Of a stretch of 64,000 bases of DNA, positions 35,311 through 48,574 are shown one piece after another (the stretch's first letter is position 1; each line of letters opens with the position of its first letter). The DNA comes from Macrostomum lignano. Its lineage: Eukaryota. The stretch spans positions 6,134 to 70,133 of the forward strand of contig NIVC01003352.1 of NCBI GenBank assembly GCA_002269645.1, written 5' to 3'. A program made the translations under genes and the position numbers. Below the pieces are notes generated by a model, which did no database searches, was not told the origin of the DNA, and worked only from the letters and a program-made list of their open reading frames with translations.

Positions 35311-38300
35311 ATGTTTAGCAACAACAGTAAAGTTGAAGTTCAAAAGAAGTTGAGATTAAAGTCCACCAATCGGCTCTCCCCAGCTCTGTGGCCAGTTAAG
35401 GCTTCGGTTAAGCGTTTCGAGGAAGTTGACGAAGGATGCCAGTCGGTGGCGGTTCCGCGGTGCGCCAGTCGTTTGGAGACGCTGGCGTACGCCGTCCTCT
35501 TTGCGGCGGCGTTTATCTACGGAGCCTACGACTTCTATGAGGCCATTGGGTCGCAGCCAAATCTAGGTAATTAATTGGTTGACTTCCTTTCGCTTGATGA
35601 AATATGAAATATGAGATTGGTAATTTTTGGTGTTTAAAATGGCGTTCATTGGAATCGAAATGTCACTCATTAGATTCGAAATGGCACCTTTATATCCTAT
35701 TAATCCCATACACATTTTTTATTTATAGAGCCATGAATGTTTGAGTTCGAGGTGTGACGCATTAACTATTTATACATATGCGATTCTCTTTTCATTGCAG
35801 TTCTGCCAGCGGAGCAGCTCACCGCTGGATGGCTTGCCGATTGGCAGGTGAGGCAAAATATATTGCTATGCCAAAAGTTTGAATGCAACTGTTAAATCAA
35901 AATCTTCATAGTAATTGTAATATATTCATAAACCAAGACACTTACAATTATATACACTTTGGAATTGACAGGAATCTCTGTCGATACCGTTGGAGTCGGA
36001 AATGATGGCCGGTTATAAATATTACTTGCTCGCTTGTCTCGGATTTCTGCTGGTCAGTCAGTTGACTCTTCGATTAGCGCCGAGATGGGTGAGCTAATTA
36101 GCATTTTTAATGAGACTGTACAGCTGTTGCACTGTTCACAAGTGCCCTTTATCCTGTTCTCAAGTGTTCTCTAACCTGTTCTCAAGTGTCCTCAAACCTA
36201 TTCTCAAGTGTCCTCAAACCTGTTCTCAAGTGTCCTCAAACCTGTTCTCAAGTGTCCTCTAACTTGTTCTCAAGTGTCCTCAAACCTATTCTCAAGTGTC
36301 CTCAAACCTGTTCTCAAGTGTCCAACACTCCGTAGTCAAGTGCTCTACACCCTGTTTTTGGATGTCCACCACACAATGCAAAAATATCGTAAACGCTCCT
36401 GTTGTTCTCGTAGTCCTCTATAACCTAATCTGCTCATCTCTCATATTGACGGTCTCAAAATATGAATTCAGGTTCACTACCTATCAACCGCTGGGTGTAC
36501 ATTCGCTGCGACAGTCCTGGTGATTGGCGCCAGAAAATCGCTGTACCTGCTGCTGCTGTTCTGCGGTGAGATCGTCCTGGCTTATTTTTCTTGGGCCGCC
36601 GTTTGGGCGCTGGGACTGGCAGCTCTGATGCTGCAGAATTCAAATCACTGGATTGACATTCTTGACACTGGCACTCTCAGTCAAAAAGGCTACATGGAAT
36701 CTCTGTTCTACCCAATCTCTGGCTACCTGTACTGCCGCTGCATCTCCGCTGGACTCAGCCTCAACCAAATGCTGCGGGACCAGAGACGCCAACCTGCAGA
36801 TGAGGCACAGCAGCTGAGCCTGCTCCAGTTCCTTAGACTGCACCTTCCCGAGCTTTGGCTTACGGATTTTACCTGCCCTGGCACTTTTCCGGCCCGATCC
36901 TCACCTTTGCTGACTTCTGTCGGGAGGCTGAGAGACCCGACAGGCTGGTGTGGAAGCCGAACCTGCTGCTGCTGCTGGCGTGGCGAGCGACTCGCCTGTT
37001 GGTGTGGATGCTGCTGCTTCAGGTGCTGCATCATTTCCTACCTGTTGGAGCATTTCTGGAGAGCATTCGGTCTTACGAGTCCGTGCCCTACAAGCGGCTC
37101 GTGTTTTCAATGTACCTGCATGGCCAGAACTTCATGCTGGTATACGTGCAGCTGTACGGCTGGCCGGGTCTCGTGTCCAGCATTGACGGAGTCGAGCTGC
37201 CGCACTGGCCCGACTGCATCAGCCGGGTCTATACTTACAGGCAGATGTGGCGCGTGTTCGACAGGGGGCTGGCCTCCTTCATGTACAGCCACATCTACAT
37301 CCCCATGGGAGGCAGTCGGCACGGCATTGTGAGACAGGTAGCTGCTGTGGCTGCCAGCTTCGCCTTTGTCTCCATCTACCACGGCGACTCAACCAGCGTC
37401 CGCATCTGGGCTGCGCTGAACGCGGTTCATTTACTGCTGGAGATTGCGGCCTGCAGGCTGTACGAATGGAAGCTGAAGGCTTGGCTGGTGAGGTGGCAAT
37501 TGTTTCCATGTTATGTATATCAGGATAGCCCCGCTTTTCTTATTAAATAAAGCAAAATTCGTCAACAGGTTTGGCTCTTGAATGACGAAAGTAGCGGGTT
37601 GCTAACCTGACCATTCTCGGTGGGGCTTGTGCGTGAGCGACATCCTTAAGCTTTTACACAGACACGGCGCGTAGCAAAAGAGGGATTTGTTTTGTAAACT
37701 GCAAATCAAAGTTTTGCATGTTTACTCAATCTAAATACTCACCCTTAACTAAGGCATAGCTAGCTCCCTCGTCTGTATACTTGTATGCAAGAGTATAAAG
37801 TACTCTTAGCTATTAATAACTAACCATTGAACCGGGTGAACCCTGTCTGATGGGCAGTTCTTGTGCTTGCACTTAATGAGACAGCAGGTTCACAGACAGC
37901 TCGGTGGGAAGAGCCCGAAAACGGACCCTTCCAAACCCCTCAGTGGGAAATGGAAATTTTCAACTTATTCTGGTGGCCCGAGATTTATTTCCTCATAAAC
38001 CAGACGACCGAAATTCCGTATGAAAATATATTAAACTACCCATCTAGGGCTTTGGGGCGCCCAATAAGCAAGGAAAAAATAATTCAAGGAAAACAATTAA
38101 AATAGCAAATTTTCTTAAAAAACCAATTCCTTCTTCAATTTTATAAATCACCTTATTCATTCAAGTAAAACTGTCACGGACAAAGATGCTTGCTATGAAT
38201 TTCTTTTTTTTATAAAACTAACCAAAAGACAACAAAATAAAGCTTTCACAAAGATAGCAGGCATTCCCCCTAAATAGAAAACATCCCCACGGATAGCAAG

Positions 38301-40643
38301 CATCCCCCAGATAGCAAGCATCCCCCAGATAGCAAGCATCCCCCAGATAGCAAGCATCCCCCAGATAGCAAGCATCCCCCAGATAGCAAGCATCCCCCAG
38401 ATAGCAAGCATCCCCCAGATAGCAAGCATCCCCCAGATAGCAAGCATCCCCCAGATAGCAAGCATCCCCCAGATAGCAAGCATCCCCAGAAAGCAAGCAT
38501 CCCCCAGATAGCAAGCATCCCCCAGAAAGCAAGCATCCCCAGAAAGCAAGCATCCCCCAGAAAGCAAGCATCCCCCAGATAGCAAGCATCCCCCAGATAG
38601 CAAGCATCCCCCAGAAAGCAAGCATCCCCCAGAAAGCAAGCATCCCCCAGATAGCAAGCATCCCCCAGATAACAAGCATCCCCAGAAAGCAAGCATCCCC
38701 CAGAAAGCAAGCATCCCCCAGAAAGCAAGCATCCCCCAGATAACAAGCACCCCCAGATAGCAAGCATCCCCCAGATAGCAAGCATCCCCCAGAAAGCAAG
38801 CATCCCCCAGAAAGCAAGCATCCCCCAGATAACAAGCACCCCCCAGATAGCAAGCATCCCCCAGATAACAAGCATCCCCCAGAAAGCAAGCATCCCCAGA
38901 AAGCAAGCATCCCCCAGAAAGCAAGCATCCCCCAGAAAGCAAGCATCCCCCAGATAGCAAGCATCCCCCAGAAAGCAAGCATCCCCCAGAAAGCAAGCAT
39001 CCCCCAGATAGCAAGCATCCCCCAGATAACAAGCATCCCCCAGATAGCAAGCATCCCCAGAAAGCAAGCATCCCCCAGATAGCAAGCATCCCCCAGATAG
39101 CAAGCATCCCCCAGAAAGCAAGCATCCCCCAGAAAGCAAGCATCCCCCAGATAGCAAGCATCCCCCAGATAACAAGCATCCCCCAGATAGCAAGCATCCC
39201 CCAGAAAGCAAGCATCCCCCAGATAGCAAGCATCCCCTTTGAACGACCTTTGAATCGTTGCAATATTATTATTATAAAATGAAACTAACCGATTTCAGAG
39301 TCGCCGCGTTAGTCCCGCCAACCACCAGCGCCTGGTGGCCTACATTATCGGCTTCAATCTGGCCGTGACATCCTGCTTCATTTTTGTCTTCCTAATTGGC
39401 GACGTATCTGCGCTGCTGTTTATAGTCGAAATTTTCAAGCCTCTACTGCTTTACAGTGAGTTGTAATTCCAATTTTTCCGGGTGTAGAAGCTCGAACTCA
39501 AGGCTGCGCAACAATTTTAATTATGCCAATCCCATTAAACAAGTCAGCACCAAGTGCCACAATTAAGTGCTGTAACCAACCAGAATACCTGATTTGAAAA
39601 TTCTGTAAAATCAACTTGATTGGCTGTATTGTCGATGACCGAGTGTTGTCCTGTGGCGGTGGCTTATAGTCACGCAAGTATTCAAAGATAATGGCCGCCA
39701 CATTGACAACTGTTAGTAGAAGGACGCTAAAAATTCGATTTTCTTAGAAATGAGCTGGATTTTCTCGAGCATATCTGTCTATGACACAAATTCAGCACTA
39801 CGCTTTCTCATGAGAAAGGGAATGTGAACTTAGAGTCAAAATGGAGCCCCAAACATTCCTATTCCGGTTTCTCTGCGTCTACGCCAATCCCTTTAAGTAG
39901 CTCCCGTTGTTCCTGAAACCGACCACTTTAGCATTTGGGGATCTCTATGGGGAGAAATTGGATAAATTATTATTCATGTGAACCAAAAGCTCTAGAATGG
40001 AGCCTGAAGCATTGGGTCCCGGTTCCTCTATGTCAATCCCTTAATTTGGAGCTTCAAATGCTTAAATGACGAGATGACCACGATAAACGCTCTTTGTTTG
40101 TATGAAGAATTGTAGCGATAGTTATCTTTTAACAATGTGTCTGTTATCCTCCTACCCAAGCTCTCATTGTGTTACCTCGCCTTGATGGAGACACATTATA
40201 GACAGATGATTTCTACCTCGACGAAGTGGAGGGTTAACTCGACGTTTCAAGACGTTTCGGAAGGCTTCCGATCACATGAAATCCCCATTTCTCCCCATAG
40301 AGATCCCCAAATTCTAATTGGTGGTCGGTTTTTGAGATAACGGGAGCTATTTGGCTCGAAATGAAGGGATTGGCGTAGAAAAATCGGGACCGAATGTTTG
40401 AGTGTAGCCGCCTTCTACTTCAGCTGTCCATGGGCCGCTAATCTAGAGAGTAAAGGGATCCGTGATCTAGAATACATTAGATCTACAACTACATCAACGA
40501 TCCACTGCATTGCAGGACCCTGGTGGCATCTGTTTGTGGGCCTATTATTGACCTATTTCACTGTCCAACTGTCTCTCCGATACGAAGAATGCGTCGAGGC
40601 TAAGAGAAAGAAAGTCAACAAGGTCTGTCAGAAAATTAATTGA
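35311..40643 (+). CDS. hhat: HHAT/GUP1-type MBOAT acyltransferase, copy 1 (1-nt frameshift at ~36847; start codon uncertain)
   Basis: Exons ..35566, 35801..35847, 35972..36088, 36472..37487, 39299..39455, 40516..40643; consistent phases. Motifs MWRVFDRGL..F..HIYIPMGG and FAFVSIYHG (catalytic His); C-terminal QKIN has Lys at -3 (ER-retrieval-like). Confidence 0.85.
36140..36322. repeat. 22-bp minisatellite CTGTTCTCAAGTGTCCTCAAAC (intronic)
   Basis: Direct inspection. Confidence 0.9.
38290..39237. repeat. 18/17-bp minisatellite CCCCAGA(T/A)AGCAAGCATC (intronic)
   Basis: 6-aa period MLAIWG in the ORF track. Confidence 0.95.
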
Positions 40644-41074
40644 TCTGAAACACCTGGAAACATATTCAAATTCATATATCAATAATTCATTCACAGATCC
40701 GTATGAAACATGACTGCTAAATATTGAATAATATTTTATTTACTTAGTTAACTACTATTCCCCATCAACCTGAACCAATATGTTGATTATTCGGATTAGC
40801 AAGGTGACTGTAATTTTCCCAAGTGCTTATCCTGCTTTGATTTGAATAAATAATCCTGAAGCTTACTGTATGAGTTCTAATCTGAACTTAAATTAATGCG
40901 TCTCGTGGATAGACTACAGCACAAGCAAACATTAATGAATATATATAGTCACTGAAGTCTAACAATCTATTGAATAAAAATCTGATCGGCATACAAACAG
41001 CTCTCCCAATTAAACTTTAGTGAATTTGAGTCATCCGTTCTCTTTTATATATGAGCTGAGTGAAGGGTAAATAT

Positions 41075-41350
41075 AAATAAATAAGGATAACAATGGCAGA
41101 AGAGCTGTGGGGCGACCTGGCGCAATGCCCTCGGCAACATGGTCCCACAGCCAGTGCTGACACCAATTCTGCCCATCCCGCTGGCTCCTGAGCACATGCA
41201 AGCGCGCCAATACTGTACGCAGGCACGCACTCACACACACGCTCACACAGGGTGTACAGCGGCCCTGACTTACCTGATCGTCAATCATGTACACTGTCTG
41301 TGCCTTGGGGTTTGGCACTCATGGCTGTGAATCGCATGACCCGGTGTCAA
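41075..41350 (-). mobile_element. SINE family 2, degenerate copy lacking a clear head
   Basis: Body similar to 48214-48574 (CCCCAAGGC..AGTGTACATG..GGGCCG..GTGTGCCTGCGTAC..GCGCGCTTG..GGGCAG). Confidence 0.7.
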
Positions 41351-42264
41351 AAAAAAATGGTCCGAATGACGTCCTGAAATCAGAGTCCTCTGGTACGCAT
41401 TATGTACAAAGTTTTATAGTCGAAATGACGTCCGTTTGCTACTGACGCGGGACTATTTTAGTACTGGGAAATTTGTCTTCTATTCTACTATTAGTAGAAA
41501 ATGAAACTTTTTTGTTTCTATACAATACAGTACGGTGTTTAGGGTTGGTTGCTGAAATTTACTTGTTTATTTTTATTTCAATTATTTGCTGCAAAGGTTA
41601 ACCACTTCTGGCCAACAGAAAATATTTTACGGTATATACAGTATACTGAGTATAAATGTTTACGAGCAAACGTACTTATTACCAGGAAAGGAAAATAGCA
41701 AAATTTTTAATGATCGGAAATAAGAATAAAACGCAGATTAAAAGTTATTGAAATAGTTACTAAACTTACTCGAAATACACTACAGCTACAGTAAAATTTA
41801 AACCTGTCGCCCAACAAGTCGTTACTAAGCAGAAATACATGTAAAAACTAGCGAGAAACGAAGCAAAAGCATGGTTTTTAAAATCTGTCAGTCTTCTAAT
41901 CATCGTCGCTACTGGAATTAATTATTCTTCGACGCCGTTGCCTGCTGATGCCGAGCCGCATCTGGCTGTTGGTGCCCAGCCGGAGGTCCTACTGTTCGGC
42001 GGCGCTTCACCTCGGCGGCTTCTCTCTCTGAAGCGTGCTTCAGTAGGTCTCGAATCGCACCCTCTACCTCAGCCTCGGAGGGCCTCTGTCTCTCATCAGG
42101 GTAGAGATCCTCAACTGCGTGTGCAGGTTGTGATGGGGTGAATGGATTTGGTTTGTTAATTTGACAACAGACCTCCAAGGAAAACAGCGACAATATTCAA
42201 GAAAAGAGAACAAGAAGGGATCGAAGCCCACCTGGCCAATATTCGTGCACAAGCCCTAAATGAA

Positions 42265-42336
42265 TGTGGCTGCCGGAATCGAACCCGGGACCGTGGTTTG
42301 CGAGTCGGACGCGTTTACCGCCGAGCTGCTCTGCCC
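42265..42336 (-). pseudogene. tRNA-like sequence (SINE head or tRNA pseudogene, CGC anticodon-like loop)
   Basis: AGCTCGGCGG (A-box-like), CTCGCAA loop, GGTTCGATTCC B box; acceptor and anticodon stems do not pair well. Confidence 0.6.
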
Positions 42337-42719
42337 AAAGCAACAGACATCATCTGGATAGTTGTGTTTCGGTCTGTGTATTGCATATTTTTTAGAGTTT
42401 GAATTGCTGTGTTGAGCAAATTTGAAGCAAACTGCAATTAATCGTTTGAAGCGCTGTGCTGCATTGAAGTCCTTTGACTTTGCAGCCCTCTTTAGCTGCA
42501 GGCCGCTGACGCTATTACTAAACGAGTGATAAAAGGAGGAGAAAGGGGAAGAAATCCCATCGCCAGAATTCCATTCCCTGTAATCCATCAGCGGAAATCC
42601 CATGTCTTGAATCTCATCTTCCAAATCGTCTCCAAATCCTCTACAAAACCTTTCAAACACCATATCTTGCTTTCCCTGTTTGCAGAAACTGACTGCCATT
42701 GTCCAGACTCCAGACCCAG

Positions 42720-43182
42720 CCTCTCCTGTCTGCTCTCTCATCGCTAGTCTCTCATCTCTCATCTCTCCTCTTTGCGCTCTCATCTTTATCCTATTCTTTC
42801 TCCACACTACTTTCTCCTCTCTCTACTCTCTTACCTCTCTCATCTCTCTGATCTTTCATCTCTCGTCTCTCTCCCCTCTCTCTCTTCTATTTCTTCTCTC
42901 TTCTCTTTCGTCTATATTCTCTCCTCTCTCCTCTTTCTCCTCTATTTCCTCGATCTGTACTCTTTTATCCCTCCTCTCTCCCATCTCCTCACCTCTCTCC
43001 TGCTCTCTCGTTTCTTCCCTCTACTCTACTCTATTCTCTTTCTTCTTCTCTTCTCTCTCCCTCTTCATTCCCGCCTCACTCCTCTCTTCTCTTCCACCTG
43101 TCATCTCTAATCTCCCCTCTCTCATGTCTACTCTCTTTTCTATCATCTCTCCTCTCTTCTCTTTTTACTCTTCTCTTCTCTT
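42720..43182. repeat. CT-rich low-complexity tract
   Basis: Direct inspection. Confidence 0.88.
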
Positions 43183-43830
43183 GCGCCACGCACGAAGTTT
43201 AGTTTAGTTTAGAGGCCTTTAGTTTAGAGAAGTATAATTTAGAGGCCTAAATTATCGATCGTGAACCTATTATACTGTACGAACCGTTCTAAATACGCAC
43301 ACAACAAGCACAAAGTAAAACGGCCCAATTGGGGGCCACACCAAACGCAAATTACACAGAGAAGAATGGAAATGATACGATTAATTGTCAGTTTATGTGG
43401 ATAAATCATGATAGCTTGAATGTGCGTACGCAACCCCCCCCCAAACTTTATCTCTGACATATCACAAAAATGACTACAATCTTTGCAGACATCAAATTTT
43501 CTTCATGAAACTGATTTTCAATTTTTCATTAAAATCTTCTCCGTTAAACGACTATCTAATTATATCAATATTATTATCTTATCTTATCTTATTGAAGTGG
43601 CAGCTTTTGTTTTCCATCTCCATATTACACGTCCATTTTATTCCTTCTTCACCAATGCGGTACACTCGCATGAATGTCTATGGTCGAACTTGTACTTTTC
43701 AAAATCTACAGTGCTCTGTTCAACCCCTGCAAGGCTGCAAAACAAACAGCATGTTTTACTTAAGTCAGAGAAGAAAAGCTTAGCTTAAAAGAACGTTCAG
43801 CCTTGTCCTACCAGATAAGATCGAACATCC

Positions 43831-46800
43831 ATGACGATGGCTTCCACTTCGTCAACTGCAAACTCGGTGCAGACAAGCGGAGACCTTCAAGGCAAGGAAG
43901 CCGAACCGATCAAACGCTCAGCCGCCGCCTCGGTGTCAACTTCCGTTCCCCCCAGCGCTGGGCCTCGGGAAACCCTGCTGTACGCCTCCGTGTTCGCTGC
44001 CGCATTCGGCTACGCGGCTGGCGACTTCTATCTAAACATTGGCAGGTCGCCAAAGAAAGGTTCGATATGATAAATTCACTCTGGTGGCAATCAGGTGTAT
44101 AGGTACATGTTGGCCAGGTATAAATATCGTTCGAGAATCTTGTCGTGTGACTTCCGTCCAAGAGAAAGTCTGTGCTGCTGTACACCCTGTATGAGCGTGT
44201 GCCTGCGCACGTATCCGTGTGAGTGCTCAGGGATCAGCGAAGTGGGCCGGACTGCTTGCCAATAGTAGTGTACTTCTATTACTTCTATTAGTAACAGTGT
44301 ACTTCGTTATTCCTTATCAGAACTCTATCAATCATATGTCGCTCGTAAAACCTTTCTATCTAGCTCGTACGCTATCATTATAGAACAGTATAATTCTTTA
44401 ATTGTTTCGCATTCGCTTGCAGAGTTGCACCCTATGACGCTAACGAATGGCTGGCTATCCAAGTGGATGGTAAGAAGGATCCGAGAGAATGGATTAATTT
44501 CTTAACTTGATCTTTAGTGTTGTAGTCTCTGCATGGTAACTATCTCTGAAAAAACTACAAGTTCAATGTGTTTAAAGGAGTTGCTTAGATGTAGTCTTTG
44601 TCTCGCGTAGATACACCGCAGGCAATAAAATGTTATCAGCTCGTTCAGCCTCGCCGGTGGTCCAATCTTAATCCACAGGAGCGCTCCTTTTCGTTGGAAT
44701 CGGATCTGAAAGACGGCTACAAATTCTTAATCTTTGCTAGCGTCGGCTTCTTGTTGGTCAGTCAGGTCACGATTCGTTTGGCTCCGAGATGGGTGAGTCA
44801 ATATTCAATGCTGGCGGAATCGATTTCTAATGACAAGATAGGAGAGACCGTAACAGAGTGATCAGTCAGGATAGGAGTGACAATGGCAGAGTGATCAGTC
44901 AGGATAGGAGTGACAGTGGCAGATTGATCAGTCAGGGTAGGAGTGACAGTGACAGAGTGAACAGTCAGGAAGGAGTGACAGTGACAGAGTGATCAGTTAG
45001 GATAGGAGTGACAGTGACAGAGTGCTCAACCGAAATGCCATATCCTGCAAGAGCAGCTGAGAAACTGTCAAGTTCCCCATTCCTCATCAGGTGCACTACC
45101 TGGCTACTACAAGCTTCACCTTGGCTGTGACAGCGGCTATCCTTGGTTACAGAACAGCGATGTACTTTCTGGTGTTGCACTGCGGTGCTGTCTGCATGGG
45201 ATATTTCTCCCAGTTCGGTGTCTGGCTGTTTATTCTGTCGGCAATGATGCTGCAAAACTCGGATTACAGCAGCGCGCTCTTTCAAGTCCTGGATCTCGAA
45301 GGTGATTACTCTCACCTGTTCTACCCAATCTCTGGCTACCTGTACTGCCGCTGCATCTCCGCTGGACTCAGCCTCAACCAAATGCTGCGGGACCAGAGAC
45401 GCCAACCTGCAGATGAGGCACAGCAGCTGAGCCTGCTCCAGTTCCTTAGACTGCACCTTCCCCGAGCTTTGGCTTACGGATTTTACCTGCCCTGGCACAT
45501 TTCCGGCCCGATCCTCACCTTTGCTGACTTCTGTCGGGAGGCTGAGAGACCCGACAGGCTGGTGTGGAAGACGAAGCTGCTGCTACAGCTGGCGTGGCGA
45601 GCGACTCGCCTGTTGGTGTGGATGCTGCTGCTTCAGGTGCTGCATCATTTCCTACCTGTTGGAGCATTTCTGGAGAGCATTCGGTCTTACGAGTCCGTGC
45701 CCTACAAGCGGCTCGTGTTTTCAATGTACCTGCATGGCCAGAACTTCATGCTGGTCTACGTGCAGCTGTACGGCTGGCCGGGTCTCGTGTCCAGCATTGA
45801 CGGAGTCGAGCTGCCGCACTGGCCCGACTGCATCAGCCGGGTCTATACTTACAGGCAGATGTGGCGCGTGTTCGACAGGGGGCTGGCCTCCTTCATGTAC
45901 AGCCACATCTACATCCCCATGGGAGGCAGTCGGCACGGCATTGTGAGACAGGTAGCTGCTGTGGCTGCCAGCTTCGCCTTTGTCTCCATCTACCACGGCG
46001 ACTCAACCAGCGTCCGCATCTGGGCTGCGCTGAACGCCCTGCAGCTGCTTCTGGAGACCCTGGCCTGCGCTTTCTATGAGAGGAAGTTGAAGACGTGGCT
46101 GGTGAGTCTGGGGATCAGATTGACTGACCCAGAGTGAGCTCCGAGTGACTGATCCAGAGTGAGCTCCGAGTGACTGATCTAGAGTGAGCTCCGAGTGACT
46201 GATCCAGAGTGAGCTCCGAGTGACTGATCCAGAGTGAGCTCCGAGTGACTGATCCAGAGTGAGCTCCGAGTGACTGATCTAGAGTGAGCTCCGAGTGACT
46301 GACCCCAGAGTGAGCTCTGAGTGACTGACCCAGAGTGAGCTTTGAGTGACTGACCCAGAGTGAGCTCCGAGTGACTGATCTAGAGTGAGCTCCGAGTGAC
46401 TGACCCCAGAGTGAGCTCCGAGTGACTGACCCCAGAGTGAGCTCCGAGTGACTGACCCAGAGTGAGCTCCGAGTGACTGACCCCAGAGTGAGCTCCGAGT
46501 GACTGACCCCAGAGCGAGCTTTGAGTGACCGACCCAGAGTGAGCTGCGAGTGACTGACCCAGAGTGAGCTCCGAGTGACTGACCCAGAGTGAGCTCCGAG
46601 TGACTGACCCAGAGTGACTGATCTAGAGTGAGCTCTGAGTGACTGACCCAGAGTGAGCTCCGAGTGACTGACCCAGAGTGAGCTCCGAGTGACTGATCTA
46701 GAGTGAGCTCTGAGTGACTGAACCAGAGTGAGCTCCGAGTGACTGACCCAGAGTGAGCTCCGAGTGACTGACCCAGAGTGAGCTCCGAGTGACTGATCCA

Positions 46801-47829
46801 GAGTGAGCTCCGAGTGACTGACCCAGAGTGAGCTCCGAGTGACTGATCCAGAGTGAGCTCCGAGTGACTGACCCAGAGTGAGCTCCGAGTGACTGACCCA
46901 GAGTGAGCTCCGAGTGACTGACCCAGAGTGAGCTCTGAGTGACTGATCTAGAGTGAGCTCCGAGTGAGTGACCCAGAGTGAGCTCCGAGTGACTGACCCA
47001 GAGTGAGCTCCGAGTGACTGACCCAGAGTGATCTCCGAGTGACTGACCCAGAGTGACTGATCTAGAGTGAGCTCCGAGTGAGTGACCCAGAGTGAGCTCC
47101 GAGTGACTGACCCGGAGTGACTGATCTAGAGTGAGCTCCGAGTGAGTGACCCAGAGTGAGCTCCGAGTGACTGACCCAGAGTGAGCTCCGAGTGACTGAC
47201 CCAGAGTGATCTCCGAGTGACTGACCCAGAGTGACTGATCTAGAGTGAGCTCCGAGTGACTGACCCAGAGTGAGCTCCGAGTGACTGACCCCAGAGTGAG
47301 CTCCGAGTGACTGACCCCATAATGATGATACAGAATGAACTCGAAATGATTTGATTCTGGGCTAGTTCAGGACTGGACTTAAGTCCATTGTGAGAGCATG
47401 CTTAATTCTGTAATGATTAGGGAAACACTCGTACCTTTAAATATTTCAGAGCCTGATCCTGAGTCCAAAAAACCACCAGCGCTTGGTTGCGTACATTATT
47501 GGCTGCAATCTGATCCTCACGTCTTGTTTCATCTTTGTTTTTCTCATGAATACTCTGGACGCTTTGTGGCTCGTTGTTGAAATCTTCAAACCGCTTCTTT
47601 TTTATAGTAAGGCTACATTTCGTACATCCATGTACATGTATATTGCAATAAGCCTTTCTTTACAGATGAAAATAGCCTACCTAATCGAAACTATAAACTT
47701 AATAAACACATTGCAGGACCCTGGTGGCATCTTTTTTTGACATTAACCCTATCCTACTGCAGCGTACAAATCTCATTGTGGTATGAAAGTCGCGATCAGT
47801 CCAAAAATAAGGTCCAGAAAGACAATTGA
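43831..47829 (+). CDS. hhat: HHAT/GUP1-type MBOAT acyltransferase, copy 2 (intact)
   Basis: join(43831..44059,44423..44469,44679..44792,45091..46101,47450..47606,47717..47829); same exon phases as copy 1; FAFVSIYHG; C-terminal QKDN. Confidence 0.9.
44090..44260 (+). mobile_element. SINE family 2 fragment in HHAT copy 2 intron 1
   Basis: CTGTACACCCTGTATGAGCGTGTGCCTGCGCACGTATCCG matches the family 2 body. Confidence 0.55.
44855..45025. repeat. 33-bp minisatellite (~5 units), intronic
   Basis: AGAGTGATCAGTCAGGATAGGAGTGACAGTG(G/A)C. Confidence 0.88.
46120..47318. repeat. 25-bp minisatellite AGCTCCGAGTGACTGA(C/T)C(C/T)AGAGTG, intronic
   Basis: Starts about 20 bp after the exon 4 donor. Confidence 0.95.
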
Positions 47830-48213
47830 TTTGTGAAATGATAATCGATGAGTGGCTCTAGATGGTAAGCAAATGAGCCAGCCCATAACGCTATTGATAG
47901 TTTAATTTTTTATTCTTATGCGCAGTTACTAACTAGCTCATTTTCATCATTTTACGTTGCGAACACAATGAAACTACAAGTACATGAATGTATATTTTAC
48001 ATACATGTATCGGTGTGAAAGTAAAAACTTTCCGTCTTCTTAGACATCGCTTGGATCTGCATGGTTATCTGAACTGGTTACCATTAGTTTTGACTCATAA
48101 AGCTTTTCTTATTACTGTTCATACAGTGTTCCGTGGTCTTTCTGCCGAAGACAAATATATCTAAGAAAGGGCTTGCATACTTGATCTCTTCATTGTCGCT
48201 ATTTGTTGATGAT

Positions 48214-48574
48214 TTTTTTATTAGAGGCAGGGGGGTTGTGTGCACCCTGGCGCACTTTAAGCGACATAGGCACACAAACGGCGAGAGGCATTACTGCCCA
48301 TTCCGCCGACTCCCCTGAGCAGGCATACAAGCGCGCGGATACGTACGCAGGCACACACTCACACAGGAGTGCACAGCGCGGCCCTAACTTTATATTATCG
48401 TTAGGCATGTACACTTCACTGCGCCTTGGGGGGTTGGCTCTCAAGGCCGTTAATTGCACGAGCAGAGCCAAGCCGAGATTCCAATTCAGCCCCATAATGT
48501 GACTGCACTTGGAATCGAGCCTGGGTCGCTGGCACACCAGAGCAGCTGCGCTACCGCTGGGCTACGGCCCTCCT
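48214..48574 (-). mobile_element. Full-length tRNA-derived SINE, family 2, with poly(A) tail and 14-bp TSD
   Basis: A box TAGCCCAGCGG, B box GGCTCGATTCC, tail TAATAAAAAAA; TATTTGTTGATGAT at 48200-48213 and 48575-48588. Confidence 0.9.

Noticed and set aside
36840-36855. Programmed frameshifting or pseudogenisation of HHAT copy 1
   Set aside because: It is a single C lost from a CCCC run with the rest intact, the same error type as in Islet, and there is no slippery site or structure; assembly error is more parsimonious but unproven.
42265-42336. Functional tRNA gene
   Set aside because: Acceptor and anticodon stems fail to pair; it resembles the SINE heads instead.
7891-47829. Functional cluster linking Islet, the adaptor and hedgehog acyltransferases
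   Set aside because: Only physical proximity; there is no shared regulatory or synteny evidence in the window.
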